From: an uncultured Gammaproteobacteria bacterium
GTDB taxonomy: Bacteria > Patescibacteriota > Patescibacteriia > UBA9934
Reading direction: 5' to 3'
Assembly: GCA_964414795.1 (NCBI GenBank)
Contig: CAYPWV010000001.1
Span: 5,221-69,220, forward strand
DNA: 64,000 nucleotides
Under the pieces are notes generated by a model that saw nothing but the letters and a program-made list of their open reading frames with translations, was not told the DNA's origin and ran no database searches. The position numbers were made by a program, and so were the translations under genes. Shown here piece by piece: positions 30,361 through 39,351 of the stretch. Every line of letters begins with the position of its first letter. Position 1 is the first letter of the stretch.

Positions 30361-32137
30361 ACAACGTTTCTTCGTTGAGGGTTATGACGGGAGTGAAAAT
30401 GATGTTTTCCTGCGCAAAGACGACGTCGTGGAGATACGCGAGATCTGATTGAGGAAACGTGATGCCGAAATAATAAAGCGGCGATGTAGCAAGAAGTTCG
30501 GGAATTGCGCGATATGTTTTTTCATCTCTCAACGGCACGATGACTGCACGATCGGGCCAGAGATATTTATCTGCACGATCGACAATAATGATTGCATCTT
30601 TGGGCGTAGATGCAAGAATGTTCGCTTGCTTTTCTGCAAACGTTGCAAGAGCTTCGCGCGTACGGAGCACGCCGTCATCACCTGTAAAGACGAGATGAGC
30701 TGAAAACAAAGTCATTCCTACGATACAAACAAGCGGGAGAGCGACGATGATCTTTTTCATCCATATCCTTTGCACGAACGAATGTGAAAAGTTTTTCACA
30801 TGGAGCAATGCATATGCCGTTGCAGGAGCAAGTGCTACAAACACCGGCAACCAATACCGCGTATGAGAATTTCCTAAAGAAATAATAGATGGATCGGGAT
30901 TATCAAAAAATGTCCAACTGCCGTAGAGAATGAGGAGGTAGAGGAGCGACACGGTGAGCAAAAGAAAAGAGACGGCAGAAGGCAGAAGGCAGAAAAGAAC
31001 TGTGAATTGAGAATGTCTGTCGTCTGCTGTCTGCTGTCTGTAAGCTCCAATCCATTTCTTCACAACCCCCCACACCAAACACCCCACACCCCCTACCCCC
31101 ACCACCGTCATCCACGGATACAACGCAAAAACATATCTCCACACGTTTTTCAGCGTTGCACGTTCATGAAATCCAAACGGAAAAAGAATGGCGAATACTT
31201 TTTCATACCACGGAATAATTGCACCTTGCGCAATGGTTCCGCCTACTTCCCATACCGGCTGACTCACCGTGTATCCCGTAATAAATGGCGATCCGTAGAT
31301 TGATGCATGCAAAAATAGCGTGATGCCAATCATGATTCCGCATCCTAAAAAGAGAGCGATGGCATCACAAAAAGACAGTTTTTTAGCGATGGATGCCTGC
31401 CTACCGGACAGGCAGGCCGGATCAAGTCCGACATGACGAGAAGCGAACCCCACGCCACGTCGTTCGCGAACGACGTGGCACCCCCAACACCCCACCCCCA
31501 ACACCCCTCCTATAATCCACACCCACTCAGAAGGACGAATTGCAAGTGCAGACGCAAACATGCCTCCTGCACAAAAAAGAAAAAAATATCGTGTACGCGA
31601 GTTCTCTTTCTTAATCGCCACAAGCACCATCCACACCGCAATCAACAACAGCGCAACAAAAGGCACGTTCGGCATAAGCGAACGGATACTGTAATACCAC
31701 CACGCCGGATGTACCGCGAGCGCAACAACACTCAGCAGCGCAAATTCCTGCGATCCACCCAAACGACGAATAATGCCGTACAGCGCACAAAGACCGAGGA
31801 TACAAAAAATCGGCCCCGTACTCACGGCAAGATACGGCGAAAAAAAGAAAAGTAATCCCGCAATGTACGGCATGCCCAAAAATCCTGCGGGGACGATTGC
31901 GGCACCGACCGTGGTTGTACTTCGCGGATGAAGCATGCCGTGCAAAGAAATGTTTCTCGCCTCATCACTTTTTGCAACGCCTGTTTCAGCGATGCTCTGC
32001 GCAAATGCCCATGTTGCATGTTCATCGGGCGAAACGAAGAGGTCATCGCGGGTTGCGTACGGAATCGCAAGAGAAAAAAGTGATGCACCGTAAGCAAGAG
32101 CAAGTGCTACGCAGGCAATTTTTTTAAGCGTGCTCAT
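30341..32137 (-). CDS. GT-C fold membrane glycosyltransferase (ArnT/PMT-like). It contains in-frame copies of repeat families A and C.
   Basis: Multi-TM N-terminal half with an early DE-containing loop (ATRDDLFVSPDE), large C-terminal soluble domain. Confidence 0.5.
   Translation of the reverse strand: MSTLKKIACVALALAYGASLFSLAIPYATRDDLFVSPDEHATWAFAQSIAETGVAKSDEARNISLHGMLHPRSTTTVGAAIVPAGFLGMPYIAGLLFFFSPYLAVSTGPIFCILGLCALYGIIRRLGGSQEFALLSVVALAVHPAWWYYSIRSLMPNVPFVALLLIAVWMVLVAIKKENSRTRYFFLFCAGGMFASALAIRPSEWVWIIGGVLGVGCWGCHVVRERRGVGFASRHVGLDPACLSGRQASIAKKLSFCDAIALFLGCGIMIGITLFLHASIYGSPFITGYTVSQPVWEVGGTIAQGAIIPWYEKVFAILFPFGFHERATLKNVWRYVFALYPWMTVVGVGGVGCLVWGVVKKWIGAYRQQTADDRHSQFTVLFCLLPSAVSFLLLTVSLLYLLILYGSWTFFDNPDPSIISLGNSHTRYWLPVFVALAPATAYALLHVKNFSHSFVQRIWMKKIIVALPLVCIVGMTLFSAHLVFTGDDGVLRTREALATFAEKQANILASTPKDAIIIVDRADKYLWPDRAVIVPLRDEKTYRAIPELLATSPLYYFGITFPQSDLAYLHDVVFAQENIIFTPVITLNEETLYAITRE
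30955..31040. repeat. Family C core motif (CAGACAGCAGACAGCAGACGACAGACA...) inside the GT-C CDS, in-frame
   Basis: Encodes ...LLPSAVSFLLLTV... with no stop codon. Confidence 0.6.
31386..31484. repeat. Family A palindromic element inserted in-frame in the GT-C CDS
   Basis: GCGATGGATGCCTGCCTACCGGACAGGCAGGCCGGATCAAGTCCGACATGACG plus a CCACGTCGTTCGCGAACGACGTGG palindrome. Translates as ...HVVRERRGVGFASRHVGLDPACLSGRQASIAKK... Confidence 0.7.
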
Positions 32138-32139
32138 AG

Positions 32140-32718
32140 CTAGAGCGAATAGGTGATGAGCGCAACGACCGCAAAAACAAGTGAAAGACCAAGCGTATAT
32201 TCTCCCGTTGCAATAAGCGCCGGTACTTCAAGTACAATACCAAGCAAGAGCAAACCAATGGACGTGCACTGCAACACCATTTTCGTTTTTCCCCACGCGT
32301 TCGCCATCATCACACCTCCGCTATACTTCTGTGATGCCCACCGCAACGACGGGAGAATGTCGAGAAAAATGGCAAAAAAGATCAGTGCCGGATGGTAATA
32401 TTTTAATCCTACAAGAAGTGCAACAGAACCTACGAGAAGCTTGTCGGCAATCGGATCAAAAAAGATTCCCCACGGAGTGATTTTATCTCGCACACGTGCA
32501 AGAGAGCCATCGATGACATCCGTAAACGCAGTTAACACAAAAAGAGGAACCGCAAGCAAATACCATTCGTTCGACAAAAACAACAATACGAAAGGCGTAA
32601 GCAGCATGCGCACAATGGTAACGTGATTTGGCTGAACAAACTCAGGAATAAAGGGTAAAACAACCGCTTTCATGAGCTTGTCATGCGGATATAAACGAGG
32701 TGCTTGTTTTTCAGGCAT
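32140..32718 (-). CDS. pgsA: CDP-alcohol phosphatidyltransferase (PgsA-like)
   Basis: DVIDGSLARVRDKITPWGIFFDPIADKLL matches the CDP-OH_P_transf motif. Confidence 0.7.
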   Translation of the reverse strand: MPEKQAPRLYPHDKLMKAVVLPFIPEFVQPNHVTIVRMLLTPFVLLFLSNEWYLLAVPLFVLTAFTDVIDGSLARVRDKITPWGIFFDPIADKLLVGSVALLVGLKYYHPALIFFAIFLDILPSLRWASQKYSGGVMMANAWGKTKMVLQCTSIGLLLLGIVLEVPALIATGEYTLGLSLVFAVVALITYSL

Positions 32719-32731
32719 ACTCTATGAAAAG

Positions 32732-34795
32732 ATGGTAACAGAATCTATGCGCCGTGTCTTTCTTGCTCTCACGTTTCTTTCCTGCGTTTCTCTGCTGGGA
32801 TCTGCGGTTTATTATACAAGCATCATTACACCAGGAACGCTCGTGCTGGCAACTTTAGGGGCGCTCTTGGTGACAGCGGGAATGGATCACTTCTTCGTCA
32901 TCCCGGATCAAGTCCGGCATGACGAAAAACAAAAAAACAAGATGACCGATACGGTGATCCGCCACTACGTTCTCTTCCTCATCGGTCTCTCCTCCCTCAT
33001 CATCTTTGTCTTCCTCGCGATCACCCATCCCATCACTACTGCTACCCGATCACTCTGGCTCCTCTTTTCTCCGACACACATTGTATTTTTGACGATCGCG
33101 TTTTTTTGTACGATTTTATTATATAAAAAACAAGAGGGCGGATACGTTGATCCGCCCCTACACGATCGACCGCCGCGGTACGCGGCGATTCTTGGCGGTC
33201 TGATTGCATTCGTCACGTCTGCACTTGCGGCGATACTCTTTCCACTAGGATTTGGATTCGATCCTTTTCTTCATCGCGCAACACTCGAGCACATCGCAAC
33301 ATTCGGAACCATCACGCCAAAACCACTGTATTACATCGGTGCGTACGCTCTTGAACTTTGTGGAAATCTTTTGCTTCGTATTCCATTATTTTCTCTTGAT
33401 GTTTTTTTGGCTCCAGTTGGATTTGCGTTTCTCGTTTTTATTGCAGTCCGTAGCAAGCAATTGCATCCCGCAATCCTCGCACTCCTTCCCTTTTCTGCAT
33501 TCGTGAGCACAACGCCGCAAGCCATAGGATTTTTGTGGATTTTTGCCGTGATTCTTGCGTTGAAAAATAATCTTCCGCAGTTGTATCTTTGGCTTTTTGC
33601 ACTTGCCGCACTTGCCGCGCATCCTATTGCCGGCGTTCCGGCGGTGATTTTGGTAACGATCTATTGTCTGTTGAACACGAAACGGAACAAAACGAACCAC
33701 GACAAGGTGGCCGATACGGTGATCGGCCACTACGGATCTATTCTTACCACCATTTTCATTATTCTCGGCATCCTCGCACTTCCGCTCATGTTCTTTGCGC
33801 AGCAGCTCATTACCGGCATGAACGTAGGATTTTCTTGGGTAGCGTTTACGGATTTTTCTCGCATTCCTTCTCTTGGATTTTTCTCGATGCAGGGACATGC
33901 GCTCATGGATACCGTCATGCTGTTTGGTGGAAATGTTTTTTTCATCACGGTGATTCTTGCAATTATTGGATTCATCGTGACTTTGGGTCAACGAAAAATC
34001 AATGCTAGATCTTTCGCACAATCACTCGCACTTTTGCTTGCAAGTATCGTTGCACTGGGTAACTTTGTGATGCTCAGTTTAGGATTTGATTTTCCGTTTC
34101 TCATTTCGTACGAACGTACCGATTTTGCGTTGCGACTGGTAACGATTGCGTGGATATTTCTTTTGCCCCTTGCGTCGGATGGAATGAAAAGGATTATAGG
34201 AATTGTGACGGAATGGAAATTACGCAAATCAGAAACACGATATTTAGAATCACATAGGGACGAATTGAGGACGTACGGGCGGGTTTTAAACCCGCCCCTG
34301 CATACGCGTCTAAAAAATGCCTACGGCATTTTACTCATTCTCATCCTTTTCTCCGCAAATATTTACACCACCTTTCCTCGACACGATGGCTACACGCGAT
34401 CGGCGGCGTTCAATGTTACTGTCGCAGATACCGAAATCGTCCACCGCATTGCCGATGATGCTGCAGGTGAATCCTACGCCGTACTCAGCAATCAAACGCT
34501 TGCTTCGATGGCTATCCAAGAATTTGGCTTTTTCCAGTACTTTCATAACAACATCTTCGCCTACCCCATCCCTACCAGCGGCCCACTCTACACGCTCTTT
34601 CTTACCATGATTACAACTCCCAATCTTGAAACTATTGCACAAGCTCACGATCTCACCGGCGCATCTCGCATCTACTTCGTGGTGCACAACTACTGGTGGG
34701 AAGCCGATCTTCGCATTGCCGAAACAAAAAAAATCGCAGACGCATATTTCACGTCTGCTGATGGAACGATTACCGTATTTGTCTTTTCCAGATAA
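32732..34795 (+). CDS. Large polytopic membrane protein of unknown function (about 690 aa). It has an internal protein-level duplication and in-frame copies of three different repeat families.
   Basis: More than 12 predicted TM helices. Start inferred at MVTESMRRVF. Repeats at 32896-32923 (A), 33136-33157 (F) and 34277-34297 (E) are all translated without stops. Confidence 0.5.
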   Translation: MVTESMRRVFLALTFLSCVSLLGSAVYYTSIITPGTLVLATLGALLVTAGMDHFFVIPDQVRHDEKQKNKMTDTVIRHYVLFLIGLSSLIIFVFLAITHPITTATRSLWLLFSPTHIVFLTIAFFCTILLYKKQEGGYVDPPLHDRPPRYAAILGGLIAFVTSALAAILFPLGFGFDPFLHRATLEHIATFGTITPKPLYYIGAYALELCGNLLLRIPLFSLDVFLAPVGFAFLVFIAVRSKQLHPAILALLPFSAFVSTTPQAIGFLWIFAVILALKNNLPQLYLWLFALAALAAHPIAGVPAVILVTIYCLLNTKRNKTNHDKVADTVIGHYGSILTTIFIILGILALPLMFFAQQLITGMNVGFSWVAFTDFSRIPSLGFFSMQGHALMDTVMLFGGNVFFITVILAIIGFIVTLGQRKINARSFAQSLALLLASIVALGNFVMLSLGFDFPFLISYERTDFALRLVTIAWIFLLPLASDGMKRIIGIVTEWKLRKSETRYLESHRDELRTYGRVLNPPLHTRLKNAYGILLILILFSANIYTTFPRHDGYTRSAAFNVTVADTEIVHRIADDAAGESYAVLSNQTLASMAIQEFGFFQYFHNNIFAYPIPTSGPLYTLFLTMITTPNLETIAQAHDLTGASRIYFVVHNYWWEADLRIAETKKIADAYFTSADGTITVFVFSR
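32896..32923. repeat. Family A minimal palindrome (CGTCATCCCGGATCAAGTCCGGCATGACG) in-frame in CDS
   Basis: Encodes FFVIPDQVRHDEK. Confidence 0.6.
33136..33157. repeat. Family F hairpin repeat GGGCGGATACGTTGATCCGCCC (in-frame in CDS; second copy at 63841-63862)
   Basis: Seen directly; encodes EGGYVDPPL. Confidence 0.6.
34277..34297. repeat. Family E hairpin repeat GGGCGGGTTTTAAACCCGCCC (in-frame in CDS; other copies at 42514-42536 and 47696-47716)
   Basis: Perfect palindrome seen directly; encodes GRVLNPPL. Confidence 0.65.
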
Positions 34796-35298
34796 AAAAA
34801 GTGGGCCCGGAGAAACTCTGCTAGAGAGTCCCTTCCGAGCCCGAGAACGAGTTGTAGGCGGGTCGCTTTGGATCCCCTGCCTACTTCACAGTTGAGTCCT
34901 CGGGACTTTCGTCCCGAGGTTGGGGGCGTGTCTCGCCCCCGGGAAACGTCAGTTTGAGAAGGACGAGCATAAGGCCCATCCTTAAAGCGCTTTTCCTCAC
35001 CGAAGTGAGGAGCGTACCCTGGGTTTCCTCAAAACCCCCCAGGCCTAAGCGCATTACCGCAGGAGCGCATCTGCGTCCTCCCGCAGTTCCAGGAAAAATC
35101 TCCCAACTTTTTTGTCGCCGAGGCTAACCTCGGCGACTTTAGTCCCACTTATCTCGTACAGAGGACCATCTCGGGTCCTCTACGTATTCCCAGGCAAAAG
35201 TCCTTTTTTGGGGTGGCCAGCCCCAGTAACTTTCTTTGGCCTCTTACTCTCCTTTGCAGGAGTTTCGATGGCTTCCCCGAAGGGTTTCACCACCGTGT
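34794..35298 (-). ncRNA. Unclassified, highly structured non-coding RNA of about 500 nt with its own near-consensus promoter and intrinsic terminator
   Basis: Minus-strand TTGACA, 17-nt spacer, TATTAT at 35333-35305. No ORF of 60 aa or more on the transcribed strand. Dense GC-rich hairpins with UUCG (x2), GAAA and GCAA tetraloops on the minus strand. Terminal long stem-loop followed by ACUUUUUUU at 34794-34860. Confidence 0.45.
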
Positions 35299-35304
35299 AA
35301 GAAC

Positions 35305-35333
35305 ATAATAGCATATTTTTTCATTTTTGTCAA
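35305..35333 (-). promoter_or_regulatory. Near-consensus sigma-70 promoter (TTGACA, 17-nt spacer, TATTAT) driving the ncRNA
   Basis: Seen directly on the minus strand. An upstream hairpin terminator at 35375-35400 (AAAAGAGCCUCACCGCUCUUUUUU) insulates it from the GT4 operon. Confidence 0.55.
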
Positions 35334-35426
35334 AAGCGTGCCGGAAAAGAGGGCTAGAAAATAGCTTATATAAAACAAAAAAGAGCGGTGAGGCTCTTTT
35401 GGGAAATTTGAGGAATTTGTTGCATT

Positions 35427-35534
35427 CGTCATGCCGGACTTGATCCGGTCTGCCTGTCCGGTAGGCAGGCATCCATCGTTTTTAACCCCATCTTTCTTGA
35501 TGCGATGGATCCCGGGTCGGTGCCCGGGATGACG
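35427..35534. repeat. Family A palindromic element, full-length intergenic copy (CGTCATGCCGGACTTGATCCGG...CCGGGTCGGTGCCCGGGATGACG)
   Basis: Terminal inverted repeats and internal palindromes seen directly. Confidence 0.75.
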
Positions 35535-35540
35535 AAAAGC

Positions 35541-36764
35541 CTATAAAATCACTTTTTCTTTACGCTTTTCGATAACCGCTACAAGAGTTTCGGTGAGCTT
35601 GGTGGCGTAGGTTTCGAGGGCGTAATCTGAAATGCTTGCGCGGATTTCTTCGCGGCGCTCGGCGAAATCTTCTTTGCGGCGATCAACTTCTTGCACAACA
35701 CGCTTTAAATCTTCTTCATTTCCTGGAGTAAACAACATGCCCGTTTCACCTTCGCACAAAAGCTCACCCACCCCCCCAATCTGTGAAGCAATAACTGGTA
35801 CACCTGCCATTAATGACTCGTAGATCACCGTAGGAGAGTTTTCGTAGCAAAGTGAAGGAACGATAAGCGCATCAACAACACTAAACACATTTGCAAGCTC
35901 TTCGGGAGGCGTGTAGCCCAAAAACACGATGCGCTTATCTTGCGCGGCCATGGTTTCAACCTCGCTCTTCATAGGCCCTGCTCCTGCAACATACAACCGC
36001 ACATCGCCGGTAAAGCGCTTGAGCGCATCAAGAAGGAACGCAAGACCTTTATGCTTTCCGAGCTGTCCTACAAACAACAACTTTAACGGTCCGCCCGAAC
36101 GTCCTTTTCTTTTATTCTCTGCATAGTTTGGCGCAGGATTCTGCATCACCATGCGCTCACTTTTTGGAAAAAACTTGTGTGCGTCGTACACGTCTTTTAA
36201 ATAACGCGAAGGAAAAATAACCAAATCGGGATTATCAAACTTTTGTTTGCACACCATGCGATATGCGCCGTACGCAATCTTTTGCAAAATATTTTGCTTT
36301 TCCTGTCCAAACATCAACAGACCCGAAGGAACGATAAGCTGCAAATCGTGCGCCACATGCACGTGAGGAATGTGCAGATCGGCAATAACGCTTGGGATAT
36401 TGAGACCGATGCCTTTGAGATTATGCGTGATGACCACGTCGGGCTGTTCGTCGCGCAAAATGGCGCGTATATGCTCGGCACCGTGCCAAGAAAGGGCATC
36501 GCGTACATGCCAAAAAAAACGAGTAAGCCAGGGATATTTGTAATCGTCAAGCGTAAAGTAAAAGTTACGCGGGAAAAATCGGTAAATGCGCTCGGTGCTT
36601 GACCGGTCGAGCACGACTTTTGTACCCAAACGCTTGGGGTGCCCGGTAATCACAAACACATCGTGCCCCATAGCCATAAGCTGGCCAACGGTGCGCACAA
36701 TAACGTTTTCTGCTCCTCCGCGCGAAAAAGGAGGATAGAGATTGGTGATAATCCCAATTTTCAT
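35541..36764 (-). CDS. Glycosyltransferase family 4 (GT-B, group 1)
   Basis: MKIGIITNLYPPFSRGGAE N-terminus, C-terminal E-x7-E region (GVGELLCEGETGMLF). Confidence 0.8.
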   Translation of the reverse strand: MKIGIITNLYPPFSRGGAENVIVRTVGQLMAMGHDVFVITGHPKRLGTKVVLDRSSTERIYRFFPRNFYFTLDDYKYPWLTRFFWHVRDALSWHGAEHIRAILRDEQPDVVITHNLKGIGLNIPSVIADLHIPHVHVAHDLQLIVPSGLLMFGQEKQNILQKIAYGAYRMVCKQKFDNPDLVIFPSRYLKDVYDAHKFFPKSERMVMQNPAPNYAENKRKGRSGGPLKLLFVGQLGKHKGLAFLLDALKRFTGDVRLYVAGAGPMKSEVETMAAQDKRIVFLGYTPPEELANVFSVVDALIVPSLCYENSPTVIYESLMAGVPVIASQIGGVGELLCEGETGMLFTPGNEEDLKRVVQEVDRRKEDFAERREEIRASISDYALETYATKLTETLVAVIEKRKEKVIL

Positions 36765-36767
36765 ATC

Positions 36768-37907
36768 TCAATCTACAGTACTCTGGCCTGTATAGGCTCG
36801 CAAGAGCGCCGCTTGCTCGGTGTGGAGTGTGGCGTCGTGCATAACTTTTTTATAGGCTTCTTGTCCGAACGTAATACGTTCTTGCTTGTTTTTTGCGAGA
36901 CGCACAAGCGCACTTGTAAGCAAGGCGATATTTCCTGGTTCAACATGTAATCCTGTTTTTTCATGCATCACAAGTGATCGAACTCCGGGGAGTGCGCTCA
37001 CGATCGACGGGATGCCCGACGCTCCTGCTTCGCACGTTACAAGCCCATATGCTTCTGCCCCACTTACCGAAGGCAACACATGCACATCTGCCGCCTGATA
37101 CACGCTAGGAAGATTGGCAAAAGAAACGCCCCCAAAAAACGTTATGCGGTCCGTAATGTCCAATTCATGCGCAAGCTGCTCGTATACTAAGCGGAGATCA
37201 CCATCGCCCACCAACCACAATTGCGCACGGATATCAGAAGGCATTTTTGCAAACGCATGGAGAAGAACGGAGACTCCTTTAAAAGCATGTGCGCGATCCA
37301 TTCCACCCACAAAAAGAAAAACGCACGTGTCATCTGAAATATGCTTTTCTTTCCGCAACTCGGTATTCCTTTGCGGCGTAAATCGACGATCATCAATACC
37401 GAAGGGAATAATCATCGTCTTGTGTTTTGGAAGATCAAGAAGCGAGGCGTAATCATCGGAACTCACACAGAGAACATCCGCAAAACGCTTTACAAGCGGC
37501 TCCTCGAATACACGATGCAAAAAGAAGAGTACTCGTCGCACAAACGCGTGACGCTCGGCTTGCGCGCGCATATGCCAAGAAACAACCAGTCGCTTTTTGG
37601 CAATTTTCGTCATGACTACGACGGAAAATGCCGTACCAAAAAAGGGATAATGAAGATGGACAACATCGGCTTGCTGTATTTCTTGCCACATTTTTTTCAA
37701 CGGAAGTATCGCTGCGTTTCCCCATGCGTACACAGGCTGCATATGCAAAACGTCTTCATTCGTTGCTTCATTCTTTTTAGAATACTTTGGGGTAACGACT
37801 CGCACATTATGTCCCGCTTCGCGCATCAATTGCACTTCTTGCGCCACAACCGCACCCATACCGCCCTTGTAGGGAGGATAGACGGGGGAGAAGACGAGGA
37901 GGCGCAT
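36768..37907 (-). CDS. Glycosyltransferase family 4
   Basis: MRLLVFSPVYPPYKGGMGAV N-terminus, GT1-type C-domain. Confidence 0.8.
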   Translation of the reverse strand: MRLLVFSPVYPPYKGGMGAVVAQEVQLMREAGHNVRVVTPKYSKKNEATNEDVLHMQPVYAWGNAAILPLKKMWQEIQQADVVHLHYPFFGTAFSVVVMTKIAKKRLVVSWHMRAQAERHAFVRRVLFFLHRVFEEPLVKRFADVLCVSSDDYASLLDLPKHKTMIIPFGIDDRRFTPQRNTELRKEKHISDDTCVFLFVGGMDRAHAFKGVSVLLHAFAKMPSDIRAQLWLVGDGDLRLVYEQLAHELDITDRITFFGGVSFANLPSVYQAADVHVLPSVSGAEAYGLVTCEAGASGIPSIVSALPGVRSLVMHEKTGLHVEPGNIALLTSALVRLAKNKQERITFGQEAYKKVMHDATLHTEQAALLRAYTGQSTVD

Positions 37908-37909
37908 AG

Positions 37910-38090
37910 AGGTAGGGAAAGTTTGAAGTTTGGAGTTGGTAGTTTGAAGTGAAAGGATGTTCTGTTTTAGCGTGTCATCCTGAGGGAGTGCTACGTCGAC
38001 CGAAGGAACTTCCAGACGACAGACTGCAGAAGGCAGATGGGGAAAATGAAAGAACTGAGAGAACTGAGAGTGAGGATGGCATTAGTTAGT
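37910..38090. repeat. Family C element (left arm and core) with a nested family B half-copy (37968-38020)
   Basis: AGTTTGAAGTTTGGAGTTGGTAGTTTGAAGTGAAAGGATG arm is identical to the copy at 52305. The right arm is missing. It starts 3 nt after the GT4 start codon. Confidence 0.7.
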
Positions 38091-38283
38091 GTCGAGTGGT
38101 TGTAAATTCGTCTTTGATGAGAGGAACAAAATGTAACATATATTTAACATCGAATGTAAAAGATATGTTACATTTCGTCGAGGTGACAAATGGGCGCGAT
38201 AGGTCCTTCGCTGTCGCTCAGGATCCTGCACGTCACATCTTCATCTCTTCCCAACTTCATCACTTCAGAACTTCCCAACTTCC

Positions 38284-38634
38284 CTACTTCCCTTCCTCCT
38301 TCTTTCCCGGAACTTTAGCGTTCGCGAGGGCGATTTTACGAACGAGTTCGGTGATTTCGGCGTGCATGGTTTGCGTGCGCACGAGGACACGATAGACGGT
38401 ATACAAAAGGACGAGAACCGCAATGTATACAAGCATATCTGCACCTCGCTCTACACCCACGAGATGCGCAACTTCATCGGTTGCGTGAGGGATGAGTGCC
38501 GCAAGCGCAATAAGTGTCCATATACCCGAAAAAGCAAGAAGCCAGTAGCGTGAAACTTGTTCTTTTTTATATTGCCCGTACGTTCGCAAAATAACGATTG
38601 CCGCAAAAACGATAATTCCTATTTGAAAAAGCAT
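38284..38634 (-). CDS. Small membrane protein (DUF2304-like) commonly paired with GT2 enzymes
   Basis: 116 aa, 3 TM, lies immediately downstream of the GT2 gene. Confidence 0.45.
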   Translation of the reverse strand: MLFQIGIIVFAAIVILRTYGQYKKEQVSRYWLLAFSGIWTLIALAALIPHATDEVAHLVGVERGADMLVYIAVLVLLYTVYRVLVRTQTMHAEITELVRKIALANAKVPGKKEEGK

Positions 38635-38635
38635 A

Positions 38636-39331
38636 CTAGCCGATGAGTCGTTTTTTAATAATGTCTTTTACAATTTGTACCGTGCGCGCAAGCGATCCGC
38701 CTTGGAGCTGCAAACTTTTTTCAAGGGTATCTTGCGTGTAGCGAATGGTGACGGGACGTTCTACCATGCGCAAACGACGCGCAACGATAAGATCGAGAAT
38801 TTCTGATGCATGTGCCATACGATCGAGTGAGATGCGCAACTTTTTTGCGGCGTCTTTTGAAAGCGCACGAAATCCGTTATGCGTATCAGTAAGACGGATG
38901 CCGGACATAAGAAGCGTAAAAAAACGCGCACCTACATGCACCATTCTTCGCGACGTCGGCATGTTCTCTACTTCTTTTTCTAAAAAACGTGATCCAAGCA
39001 CCACATCAGCTTCATCTTTGATAATCGGCTCAATCATGTGCGGAATATCTGCAGCGTTCATTTGGCCATCGGCATCAAAATGCACCACGATATCTGCACC
39101 CAAGCTCTCCACCGCAAAGTCGGTTGCGGTTTGGAGCGCCGCTCCTTGGCCGCGATTAATAACATGGCGAAGAACATACGCTCCCACTGCATATGCCGCC
39201 TGCCCCGTACGATCGATACTGCAATCATCAACCACCACCACCGCTGTACAAAATTTCAGCGCATCTTGTACCGCGAGTGCAACACGTTTTTCTTCGTTAA
39301 ATGCGGGAATAACCGCTATCGTTCGCAGCAT
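38636..39331 (-). CDS. GT2 glycosyltransferase (dolichyl/polyprenyl-phosphate sugar synthase-like)
   Basis: AVIPAFNEE...VVVDDCSIDRT...HFDADGQ GT2 motifs; 231 aa. Confidence 0.8.
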   Translation of the reverse strand: MLRTIAVIPAFNEEKRVALAVQDALKFCTAVVVVDDCSIDRTGQAAYAVGAYVLRHVINRGQGAALQTATDFAVESLGADIVVHFDADGQMNAADIPHMIEPIIKDEADVVLGSRFLEKEVENMPTSRRMVHVGARFFTLLMSGIRLTDTHNGFRALSKDAAKKLRISLDRMAHASEILDLIVARRLRMVERPVTIRYTQDTLEKSLQLQGGSLARTVQIVKDIIKKRLIG

Positions 39332-39351
39332 AGTAAACGTATCTCAACCCT

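Noticed and set aside
34794-35298. The structured intergenic RNA could be tmRNA or RNase P RNA.
   Set aside because: There is no tRNA-like T-arm or CCA end here, and the true tmRNA is at 61003-61416. I could not locate the RNase P P4 consensus strands, so I left it unclassified without forcing a name.
38096-38395. 99-aa plus-strand ORF downstream of the family-C element.
   Set aside because: It overlaps the DUF2304-like gene on the other strand and begins inside a repeat. It has no supporting features.
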